From the NCBI GenBank assembly GCA_963813025.1, contig CAWEXO010000016.1:43082-107081 (forward strand): 64,000 bases of DNA. Reading direction: 5' to 3'. The position numbers were made by a program, and so were the translations under genes. The DNA comes from an uncultured Verrucomicrobiae bacterium. Its GTDB lineage: Bacteria; Verrucomicrobiota; Verrucomicrobiia; Chthoniobacterales; JAFAMB01. The notes under the pieces are model-generated. The model searched no databases. It had not been told where the DNA came from and saw only the letters and a list, made by a program, of their open reading frames with translations. Of this stretch, positions 39,508 through 48,001 are shown piece by piece (within the stretch, counting starts at the first letter, position 1; the number at the start of each line of letters is the position of its first letter).

Positions 39508-40263
39508 TCATTTCGATCGGAGTTGGCGCGCGGACTCTTGCTGGTAAGCGCGATCGCCTTGATCGTCCGGTCTTAGTTGTAACACCTTGCGCCACTGCGC
39601 CTTTGCCTCATTCTGCCGCCCAAGCTGATCGAGGGCCTTGGCGTACTCCGCGTGATGGATAATGCGATCGGGCGCCAGCGCGATCGCCTTTCGGAAATAC
39701 TCGAGGGCGCGCTCTTTTGAGGCTGGCGGCAACTCGCCGTAAAACAGCTGGGCGAACCCTCGCTCAACGACGTTCAAGTTGGCCATTTCAAAATTCCAGC
39801 GGGCCAGGATCTCATAGGCGTCGTCGAGTTTCGGGTTCAAAGAGATTGCCTTTTCGGCTTCCGCCTTCAGGTATTTCGAATACTGGATCTTGGTCTTGTT
39901 ATCGACGAAGTCCGCCATTTTGCCGTAAGCGATCGCGAGAGCCAGATGGGCGTCGCCGTCGCCCGGCGCCTTTTGTACAGCTTCTTGAGCGGTTTTCAGA
40001 GCGAGCTGAGCCAACTGCTTTTTTCCGCTTTCCGGAGAAGTTTCCACCAAATCCGAGTAGACCGTGGAAAGCCGCCGGAGGATCGCCGGATTGCCCGGAC
40101 TGGCTTTGTCCGCGGTTTTCAGCAGATCGAGCGCTTCCTGGTCACGGTTTACATTTTCCAGCTGATCCGCTTTCTGCAGGGTTACGGTGAGATCCTGACC
40201 GTGTGCGAGCGAAACCATGCCGCAACACCAGAGAACAGGACAGATCCAGAGCCGAACGCGCAT
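39508..40263 (-). CDS. secreted tetratricopeptide repeat protein
   Basis: Signal peptide; TPR-like helices (AEKAISLNP, FRKAIALAP). Confidence 0.8.
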   Translation of the reverse strand: MRVRLWICPVLWCCGMVSLAHGQDLTVTLQKADQLENVNRDQEALDLLKTADKASPGNPAILRRLSTVYSDLVETSPESGKKQLAQLALKTAQEAVQKAPGDGDAHLALAIAYGKMADFVDNKTKIQYSKYLKAEAEKAISLNPKLDDAYEILARWNFEMANLNVVERGFAQLFYGELPPASKERALEYFRKAIALAPDRIIHHAEYAKALDQLGRQNEAKAQWRKVLQLRPDDQGDRAYQQESARQLRSK

Positions 40264-40301
40264 ACCGAGATTAGAAGCTGAATGAGGGAACAGTCAACGG
40301 T

Positions 40302-40420
40302 TGAGCGGCCTAAGCGGCTTGAGCGGGCTGAGCGGCCTGAGACCGGCACTGGCACTGGCACTTGACACTGACACTGGCACTGGCACTTGACACTGACACT
40401 GGCACTAACGCTGGCACTGC
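40302..40420. repeat. composite short tandem repeat: TGAGCGGC(C/T) nonamers followed by GGCACT/GACACT hexamers
   Basis: About four nonamers at 40302-40340, then about 12 hexamer/heptamer units. Confidence 0.85.
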
Positions 40421-40618
40421 CAAGGGGAATCGCTAGCGTTGCGCGAGTGCGCCGAACAATTTTGACAAGGGTTCGGACGATGCCGGGCGTGTCGGACTTT
40501 GGAAATCGGTAGCACGCCACCAAGCGATTGGTCGCCCGAGCGGTTAGAGATCGTCTCAGATTGCCGCACTGTCCTGTGGCGGTAGGGCAGTATCGAGCAG
40601 GTCTGGCAAGGGAAAAAG

Positions 40619-41893
40619 TTAAAGTTTTTCACCGATTGGTGAGTGGCGTTTTTTGAGGACTTGGAGGTAGCGCTCTTCGTCATAAGGGGTGCGGTCCTGC
40701 CAGAGCCGGAAGATGACGCGGATCCATTTAAAGGCCAAGGCGCGCACGGCAGTGTGGTGGGACTTACCGCGGGCCATTTGCTCTTGATAATAGAGCTTGG
40801 CCCATTGGGAATAAGGAATGGAATGAGCCGCGAATTCGTGGAAGCTCTGGCACAGGAATTTGGAGCGAAAGCGCCGCCGCTGGACGCTTTTGGTTTGGCC
40901 GCTGCGCACTTGGACCGGAGCGATTCCGCTTTTTTTCTGTACCTCCAGGGCTTGGGCAAAAGCCTGCCGATTGGAGCCAAAAGCCACCAACAAGCGCGGG
41001 GCTAATTGCGGGCCGGCTCCGGGCAGACTTTCAAAAATGTGCCGATCGGGATGTTTGGCAAACAGAGTGTGGATGGCTTTGTCAAAAGCCTTGATGGAAT
41101 CTCGCAGCGGCAACAATTGACTGACCAAACACTTGCAACTCAGCACGGAGGGCTCCAGCAGAGAACGATCCTCGGTGACGGTTTGGGCCCGAGCAATCTT
41201 TTCCAAGCGCTCCTCGATCAAGCTCTGGCTGCGGCTGTGGTGCTGATAAAAAAAAGAGCGCAGGGTCTGGGGCTTGGCTTTTTTTAAACTCTGCAGGGTC
41301 GGCCAGCGTTTCAAAAAATGCAGCGCCAGAGTGGTGCCCAAATCATCGAGGAGCTCGAGGGCCAGCGGATAGTAGACTTTGAGTAAGCTGGTGAGTTGGT
41401 TTTCGCACACCACGGAGGCCTCGACGGCTTTGCGTCGGTGCTGACCGAGCAAATCCAGTTCCCGCACTACCGGCTCCGGGGGTTGATAAAGCCGGAGCCG
41501 ATCCCGATGGTGATCAACGAGCTCTTCGATCAATTGGCTGTCGCGAGGGTCATCCTTGGCGCCACTAGTAAAGAAGACCTTGCGGTATTCGCTTAAACTC
41601 AAAGGATTGAGCGGATAGAGGTCGATCCAGTCTCCCTGGGTGCGGAGCATTTCAAAGAGTGCTCCCCGATTTTGTTCAAAACCAATGGCCACCCGCCCCT
41701 GCGGACCAGCCAAGCTTTTGAGCTCTTCGAGCCAGGTCCGAACCGAAACGGGATCGGCGCCCAGCTGGAATGTCCGGCATCCTCCCTCCGGACCAGAGCG
41801 TTGACAGACAGCGTGTTCTTTATCAGCCCAATCGATTCCCACGCTGACCATATAATGGGGATCTGGGACCGGAAACGGATTTGATCGGTTCAT
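40619..41893 (-). CDS. IS110 family transposase/recombinase
   Basis: DEDD RuvC-like domain (GIDWA, GFEQ, KDDPRDS), SLPGAG, GIAPV..RSG catalytic Ser, RALAFKW.R. Confidence 0.95.
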   Translation of the reverse strand: MNRSNPFPVPDPHYMVSVGIDWADKEHAVCQRSGPEGGCRTFQLGADPVSVRTWLEELKSLAGPQGRVAIGFEQNRGALFEMLRTQGDWIDLYPLNPLSLSEYRKVFFTSGAKDDPRDSQLIEELVDHHRDRLRLYQPPEPVVRELDLLGQHRRKAVEASVVCENQLTSLLKVYYPLALELLDDLGTTLALHFLKRWPTLQSLKKAKPQTLRSFFYQHHSRSQSLIEERLEKIARAQTVTEDRSLLEPSVLSCKCLVSQLLPLRDSIKAFDKAIHTLFAKHPDRHIFESLPGAGPQLAPRLLVAFGSNRQAFAQALEVQKKSGIAPVQVRSGQTKSVQRRRFRSKFLCQSFHEFAAHSIPYSQWAKLYYQEQMARGKSHHTAVRALAFKWIRVIFRLWQDRTPYDEERYLQVLKKRHSPIGEKL

Positions 41894-41899
41894 GCTTGC

Positions 41900-42260
41900 T
41901 CCTTTTTTCTGGTTTTACCCAGCGCGAAAAAAGCCGCTTGGCTTTGGCCGTCCGAAATCCGTATAGTTAAGTCGTCGAAGTGTGAAGTGCTCGACCTCAA
42001 CTAGAGTATTCGTTGTGACGAATCAAAGCGCGACCGGCTGGCTCGAAACTCTGCCCTAAAGATCTCGCGGACCCGAAAATCCTATTCGTAGCCAGCCGGC
42101 GCGTCCTTCTTCGCGTGGGCAGCGCGGGATTTTGCCCGACTGCCCTTGGCAAAGAAAACCCTTTCTTTTTTCCAAAGCTTTCTTTTCTCCGGGCGGAGTT
42201 ATTCACAAGCTGGAGCTCCGACCGGTAGGGCCTCCGACCACAGCTTGCTGAATAACTCCG
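41900..42260 (-). ncRNA. candidate IS110 bridge RNA in the 5' non-coding end
   Basis: Multiple stem-loops; the internal loop at 42034-42099 carries segments matching both target flanks. Boundaries approximate. Confidence 0.65.
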
Positions 42261-42307
42261 GACTTGCTATACGAAAATTTAGAGAAGGTTTCGCAACATC
42301 CCAAAAT

Positions 42308-42432
42308 CGGTAGGGCGAGAATTCATCTGAGCCTTCGGCGAAGACTCGTTCGAGCCGGGCGCTGCGGCAGGTCACACTGAAGACGGCTCAAACAAGTTCT
42401 CGCTAAGGCTCGAATAAATTTTCGCCTTACCG
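42308..42432. repeat. REP doublet (family C, inverted arms)
   Basis: CGGTAGGGCGAGAATTCATCTGAGCC ... GGCTCGAATAAATTTTCGCCTTACCG. Confidence 0.75.
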
Positions 42433-42612
42433 GCGCAGGACCAAAGACGCTTTGGGACATGTCTCGAACCTTAGCTCGATTGCGCGAGCTACAGATTGGC
42501 CAAAGTCCGACAGACCCGAGGCCGTCCGCGCTACGAAGCCGCTCCCTCCGCTTCCTCTTGACAGTTCTCGGCTGACGCAATACTTTCCCCGCTCTTTTTG
42601 GGGTCAGGATCT

Positions 42613-43038
42613 ATGAAGACGTTTTCTGCCAAAGCCAGCGAGATAAACCGTAAATGGTATCTCATTGACGCAAAAGACCAGCCGCTTGGAAGGGTAGCTG
42701 TCAAAGCTGCCAACTTGCTCCGCGGCAAAGGCAAAAGCGTTTTCACGCCGCACGTCGATACTGGCGATTTCGTCATTGTGATCAACGCGGGGAAAGTGCG
42801 GCTGACCGGAAAGAAGGAGGTTCAGAAGGAATTCATGAGCTTCTCCGGGTTTGTCGGTGGGCACAAATCCGAATCGGTCCAACAGCGACGTCGACGCCGG
42901 CCGGAGCTTTTGGTGGAGCATGCTGTGAAAGGTATGATACCGCACAATCGGCTCGGCCGGTCGATTTTTACCAAGCTCAAGGTCTACGCAAGCGAGGAGC
43001 ATCCGCATTCCGCCCAGCAACCGCTCCACATTAGCTAG
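42613..43038 (+). CDS. rplM: 50S ribosomal protein L13
   Basis: KWYLIDA...[32 protein letters not shown]. Confidence 0.97.
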   Translation: MKTFSAKASEINRKWYLIDAKDQPLGRVAVKAANLLRGKGKSVFTPHVDTGDFVIVINAGKVRLTGKKEVQKEFMSFSGFVGGHKSESVQQRRRRRPELLVEHAVKGMIPHNRLGRSIFTKLKVYASEEHPHSAQQPLHIS

Positions 43039-43074
43039 AGTCCTTGAATACTTAAATTCGCCCCGCCAACTGTT

Positions 43075-43464
43075 ATGCCTGAAACCTTTGCTGCTACCGG
43101 TCGCCGTAAGTCTGCGGTTGCTCAAGTCCGTCTCGCTCGCGGAACCGGCAAGATCGACGTCAACGGCCGCCCGCTGGAAGAGTATTTTCCTAACCCTTCG
43201 CTGCAGTTGACGGTGCTCAAGCCTTTTGAAGTAACCAAAACCACCAACAACTTTGATGTGTTCGTCATCGCCCGGGGTGGTGGTCCTGACGGTCAGGCGG
43301 GCGCGGCTCGGCTCGGGATCGCTCGCGCCCTGCTGGAGTACGATTCTGCGATGCGTCCGGTATTGAAGGAACAAGGCTTGCTGACCCGGGATCCTCGGAT
43401 GAAAGAACGCAAAAAGTCGGGCCAGCCCGGAGCGCGGAAGCGTTTCCAGTTTTCGAAGCGTTAG
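43075..43464 (+). CDS. rpsI: 30S ribosomal protein S9
   Basis: [40 protein letters not shown]. Confidence 0.98.
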   Translation: MPETFAATGRRKSAVAQVRLARGTGKIDVNGRPLEEYFPNPSLQLTVLKPFEVTKTTNNFDVFVIARGGGPDGQAGAARLGIARALLEYDSAMRPVLKEQGLLTRDPRMKERKKSGQPGARKRFQFSKR

Positions 43465-43601
43465 CCTGTGTCACACCATGCAGGCTGTGGCACCAGACTT
43501 CTCCGGCTAATTGCTCATTGGTCATCGATCATCGCTCATCATTCCAGCCGTCGATTTGCTATTTGCGATCGCTACGTGCTATCGCGAGCATAGCCAGCGT
43601 G

Positions 43602-44113
43602 ATGATGAGTCCGGTTATCTCTGTTGTCGTGCCGTCCCTGAACCAGGGGCGATTCCTGGCCAACTGCCTTGATAGCGCGATAGCCCAGGCCGACGAGGTG
43701 TTGCTGCTGGATGCCGGCAGCACCGACGAGAGCCTGCATTACGCCTTTGATTGGGACTGGTTTCTGCGTGCCGCCAAGATTTGCCGGTTCATCCGCATCG
43801 ATACAACGGTTCCCGGTATCGGCTCCGCCTGACGCATAAATCCGGGACGGGCGGTAAAAAGCGATGGCAAGAACTGCTCACAGTCGTCAGACGCCATTCT
43901 CCGGAAAATGTGATTCGTCATTACGAGTTTCTCGACAAACATCCGGCCGCTCGATGGTGGTTGAACAAACGGATGCGGCTCGATCAACATCTTCGTCGGG
44001 TATTGCCTGGACTTGTCGCCGGGAAAGTGGCGACCGCCTTATCACCGCCCAGCTGGTCGCTGCCTGACTACATCGAACGCGAGATCCTTTGGAAGATCTT
44101 CGGTATCCGGTAG
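43602..44113 (+). pseudogene. glycosyltransferase family 2 remnant (internal deletion plus frameshift)
   Basis: ISVVVPSLNQGRFL...DAGSTDES joined directly to LHYAFDWDWFLR; C-terminus (YR...KSGTGG) in another frame. Confidence 0.75.
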
Positions 44114-44207
44114 GCGATGGCCGATGACCGATGACAACCCGCCGCACTGACACTGACACTGACACTGGCACTGGCACTGACACTCATAGCCGATGGCCGA
44201 TGACCGA
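44114..44207. repeat. composite STR: CCGATG(A/G) heptamers flanking GACACT/GGCACT hexamers
   Basis: Same units as 26219-26404 but in the opposite orientation. Confidence 0.85.
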
Positions 44208-44273
44208 TTCGCGCGCCAAGCGGCGCGCGCGCGAGATCGCTCGCTAATCCTCGCTTTAGTGCGATGGGTAGCC

Positions 44274-44639
44274 ATGAAGAAACGTCTCATGCTGCGGCGC
44301 GGCGGTCCGGATATCCTCACGGAGGAGTTGATAAATGCGTTTTCCGGCGACGCGTCCTTTGAATTCAAAGCGCTCTTTTTGGCAGTGCACGCCAATCTCC
44401 GCGCCCGCAACGCTGCGCATGGTGGCGAAGAGATGCTGCGGTTGCGATTGTACGAAAAGCTGCAAAACCTGGTGCGTTTCGGCGGCGTTCAGAAGACCGG
44501 CAAGATTTATCGCGGCGATCTGGCAGGGTTAAGCGCGTTCACGGAGCAGATGGCCGCAAACCACTGCCGCGATCTCATGACGGTGGTCGCGGGCTCGACT
44601 CAAGAGCCGCAATTAGGGAATCCCGATGCCGCAGCATAA
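44274..44639 (+). CDS. hypothetical protein
   Basis: 121-aa basic ORF (…GGEEMLRLRLYEKLQNLV…); function unknown. Confidence 0.65.
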   Translation: MKKRLMLRRGGPDILTEELINAFSGDASFEFKALFLAVHANLRARNAAHGGEEMLRLRLYEKLQNLVRFGGVQKTGKIYRGDLAGLSAFTEQMAANHCRDLMTVVAGSTQEPQLGNPDAAA

Positions 44640-44673
44640 CCTTCCCGGGGCGTGTGGGACTGCTATCTGTGGT

Positions 44674-45981
44674 TCAAACTCTCCGCAGATTTTCCGGAAT
44701 CCATTCGCCGTGTTCACGCAACAGGTCGTCCACGAGGGACCAGATCTGGTCCAGGTCAAGTTCGGCGCCCGTGTGCGGATCGAGCATTGCTGCTTGGCAG
44801 AGCCGTTCGCGCTTGTCGGTCAGAACGCCTTCAACCGTTAACTGCTGCACGTTTATGTTCGTCTGCATTAAGGCGGCTAGCTGGCTCGGGAGTCGGCCGA
44901 CCTGGGTGGGTTGAATTCCGTTCCGGTCGACCAGGCACGGTACCTCGACGCAGCAACCAGCCGGCAGATTTTCAATCAGTCCTGTATTCGGCACATTCCC
45001 GTAGATTACACATGGTTGTCCCGTCTCAACGCTCCGGATGATGGAAGAAGCGTATTCAATGCTGCGTTGAAATTCGAGAGGGTGTTCCGGATTCGAGAGC
45101 TGCTCCCGCAGCTGGGTCCAGTCCGCGATCTGTCCTTCGCAACGCCGGATATATTCATCAAGCGGTACGTTAAACTTTTCGATCAGATCATGGCGATCAC
45201 GCTTGATATACCAAGGCACATACTCGGAGAGGTGCTCACTCGATTCTGTAACGAAATACCCGAGGCGCTCGAACAGATCGAACCGGACGCGATTATGTGC
45301 TGGCACCCGGCCTTCCGCGACGACTTCATGAAGTTTCGGGTAAAGATTTTCGCCCCGGTGCTCGAATTTCAGATAAAAGGCCATGTGGTTAATGCCGGCG
45401 CACAGGTAATCGATTTCATTGGCGGGAAGATGCAGGACGCCGGCCAGCTCTGCCGCCGTGCCCTGCACGCTGTGACAAAGCCCCACTGTCCGGATCTTGC
45501 AGGCTTCGGCCAATGCCCAGCAGTTCATCGCCATCGGATTGACATAGTTCAGATGCAATACCTCCGGGCAGAGCTGTTCCATGGCGTTACTGATCTCGAG
45601 GAGCACTGGAATCGTGCGCACCGCCCGCATGATCCCTCCGATCCCGAGCGTGTCGGCGATGGTCTGGCGCAGCCCGTAACGTTTCGGAATCTCAAAGTCC
45701 GTGACTGTGCAAGGCCGGTAACCGCCTACCTGGATCATGCTGATCGCGTAATCAGCCCCGGCTAACGCCTGGTCCCGGGTCGTCGTCGCCTCAATTGTCG
45801 GATGAACCGAAAGTTTTTCGGCCAGCCGATGAGCGACAATCTCCGAGGTGTGCAGTCGTTTCGGATTTATATCAAAAAGGGCGATCGTGGAGTCCGCCAG
45901 CTCCGGATACGATAGAATGTCGCCCAGAAGATGCTGCGCAAACACCGTACTTCCCGCGCCGATAAAGGTGATTTTTCTCAT
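44674..45981 (-). CDS. melA: NAD+-dependent alpha-galactosidase/alpha-glucosidase, GH4
   Basis: KITFIGAGST.F, QTIADTLGIGG, NYVNPM, GLCHSVQ, AGINH, TESSEH. Confidence 0.9.
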   Translation of the reverse strand: MRKITFIGAGSTVFAQHLLGDILSYPELADSTIALFDINPKRLHTSEIVAHRLAEKLSVHPTIEATTTRDQALAGADYAISMIQVGGYRPCTVTDFEIPKRYGLRQTIADTLGIGGIMRAVRTIPVLLEISNAMEQLCPEVLHLNYVNPMAMNCWALAEACKIRTVGLCHSVQGTAAELAGVLHLPANEIDYLCAGINHMAFYLKFEHRGENLYPKLHEVVAEGRVPAHNRVRFDLFERLGYFVTESSEHLSEYVPWYIKRDRHDLIEKFNVPLDEYIRRCEGQIADWTQLREQLSNPEHPLEFQRSIEYASSIIRSVETGQPCVIYGNVPNTGLIENLPAGCCVEVPCLVDRNGIQPTQVGRLPSQLAALMQTNINVQQLTVEGVLTDKRERLCQAAMLDPHTGAELDLDQIWSLVDDLLREHGEWIPENLRRV

Positions 45982-46080
45982 CGAATTTATGCCACCCGCG
46001 CAACCCGGGTACCAATCCTTTGTCGATTGATCTGTGCCAGTCAGTGCAAGCGCAAATTTTCGTCCTTGTGTGACATCTGC

Positions 46081-46355
46081 TCAGCTGCCAGCGACGAGTC
46101 GTAATCCCTCGGCTTTAAAACGTCGGAAATCTCTCAGATTTTAAGGTGAATAGCTCGGCCCCTTTCATTATGCAAGTCGCCGCGATGAGACAATCAGAGG
46201 TCGAGCCGCGCCGTCGCCCAGTGATGTTAAAGAGAGCGGGAGCGTGCTCGGCGACTTGACGATCCGCCGACGGTTCAGCGGATTTCTCGGCGAGCTGGAC
46301 TACCCGTCGAATGACCTCGGCTTGGCAGACGTGCCATTTTTTGGCAAGGGTGGTG
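46081..46355 (-). pseudogene. vapBC-like toxin-antitoxin remnant (RHH antitoxin fragment plus PIN toxin C-terminus)
   Basis: LAKKWHVCQAEVIRR (RHH-like), then LFNITGRRRGSTSDCLIAATC...FTL; removing one A restores N.RDFRRF. Confidence 0.6.
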
Positions 46356-46462
46356 CGGCGTAAGATCCGCTGGCTCGCCTGCTTGCCAGATCGGCACAAC
46401 CTTCGATAGTGCATGGGTAGTTCCGCCAGGTCCGTCGCCAGGAGGCACATACCTTTTTTGCT

Positions 46463-47569
46463 ATGACAGATCATAAGCCGGCGAAGGTCGGCATTGTAGG
46501 TTGCGGTACCATTGCGCCCGCTTACTTGAAAGCCGGCAAGTTTTTCACCCAGACCGAAATTGTGGCCTGCTCCGACGTCATTCCCGAGGCCGCCCAAAAG
46601 CGGGCCGGCGAATTCGGAATCAAGGCGCTCCCGATCGATGCGGTCTTCGCGGATGCTGAGATCGAGATTGTCTTGAATCTGACTCCGCCGCAACAGCACG
46701 CGCCGATCATTCGCCGCTCTTTAGAGAATGGAAAACATGCGTATTCGGAAAAGCCGTTGGCCGTCTCCACGGAGGAAGCTGGACCGGTACTCCAGTTGGC
46801 TCGGGAAAAGAATCTCCGAATCGGTTGCGCGCCGGACACGGTTCTCGGGAGCGGCATCCAGACTGCTCGCAAGATTATTGATGACGGCCAGATCGGAATC
46901 CCGATCGGTGGCACCGCCTTCATGTACTCGGGCGGACCTGAGTCGTGGCACCCGAATCCGGAACTCTTTTATCGCAAAGGGGGCGGACCACTCTTCGATA
47001 TGGGACCATATTATCTGACCACGTTAGTTTCTTTACTTGGCCCCATCGAAAGAGTGTTTGCTGCTGGCCAGACCACTCGCGCCCAACGTTCGATCGGGTT
47101 CGGACCGAGAAAGGGGCAGCATTTCCCGGTGGAAGTACCGACCTATATTGCTTCGCTTCTCCGGTTTCGATCAGGAGCGGCTGTTCATTTTGGGATCAGC
47201 TTCGACGTGATCGCCCACAGTCATCCGCCGATCGAAATTTATGGTTCGGAAGGATGCGTCGTAGTGCCGGATCCGAACACCTTTTCGGGAAATGTGCGGC
47301 TGGTGCGCAGGGGCGTTTGGTGGCAAGACGTGCCGCACACGCATAGCTTCGGCGGCCGCGATTGGCGTGGGGTCGGGCTCGCAGAGATGGTGGAAGCGAT
47401 CCGCGCGGGCCGCCCGCACCGGGCATCGGCGGAAGTGGCGTTTCATGTCCTCGAGGCGATGGAAGCGATCTCCAGTGTTGTTCTAGCCGGCGGCGATCGT
47501 CTAATGCAATCAACCTGCGACCGGCCGCGCCCCCTCGTGCCGATTACACCGGTGTATAATTTGGAGTAA
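46463..47569 (+). CDS. Gfo/Idh/MocA family oxidoreductase
   Basis: VGIVGCG.I, KHAYSEKPLA, GCAPDT.LG, WHPNP..FY..GGGPLFDMGPYY. Confidence 0.92.
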   Translation: MTDHKPAKVGIVGCGTIAPAYLKAGKFFTQTEIVACSDVIPEAAQKRAGEFGIKALPIDAVFADAEIEIVLNLTPPQQHAPIIRRSLENGKHAYSEKPLAVSTEEAGPVLQLAREKNLRIGCAPDTVLGSGIQTARKIIDDGQIGIPIGGTAFMYSGGPESWHPNPELFYRKGGGPLFDMGPYYLTTLVSLLGPIERVFAAGQTTRAQRSIGFGPRKGQHFPVEVPTYIASLLRFRSGAAVHFGISFDVIAHSHPPIEIYGSEGCVVVPDPNTFSGNVRLVRRGVWWQDVPHTHSFGGRDWRGVGLAEMVEAIRAGRPHRASAEVAFHVLEAMEAISSVVLAGGDRLMQSTCDRPRPLVPITPVYNLE

Positions 47570-47572
47570 GGG

Positions 47573-47692
47573 CCGGTGGCTGATGACTGATAACCGATGA
47601 CTGATGGCGGATGACTGATGACTGATGACTGATGTCCGATGACCGATGACGATTACTGATGGCCGATTACCAATGACCGATGACCGATGACC
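47573..47692. repeat. heptamer tandem array, about 17 x C(C/T)GATG(A/G)
   Basis: Counted directly; starts 3 bp after the stop codon at 47569. Confidence 0.92.
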
Positions 47693-48001
47693 AGGCGCGC
47701 GAGAACTACCGCAATGGGAGGAGCGCGGCGTAGCTGCAACCAAAGCGTCCGCGCAGGTTTCCCCTGACTGGCTGGAAGCCTTTGCAGCGTCCGGGCCGTG
47801 ACACCGGCATCTCGGCCGTGTCGGACTCTCCGCGGGCCCGATATCTACATCTGTTTTGATCTTGAATTTGTCAGACGAGACCCGATGCTGTTTGTCGCGA
47901 GCAAACCCCAGTTCGCCCAAGAAACAATCTTCCCTCGGTCGGCGGCTCAGAATGGAGAACTAAGCTCCGGCCATAGGCTCATAAAATAAAAAAAGAAGTC
48001 T

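Larger units (their letters stand above)
40592..42300 (-). mobile_element. IS110-family element (~1.7 kb) bounded by a GAT core (ATC on +)
   Basis: ATC at 40592-40594 and 42298-42300; removing the element yields GGTAGGGCAGTATCCCAAAATCGGTAGGGCG, continuous with the REP doublet; no terminal inverted repeats, as expected for IS110. Confidence 0.75.

Noticed and set aside
40595..40612. Strong junction promoter formed on IS110 circularisation
   Set aside because: A TTGCCA -35-like box exists at the right end, but the predicted junction gives no convincing -10 at 16-18 bp spacing.
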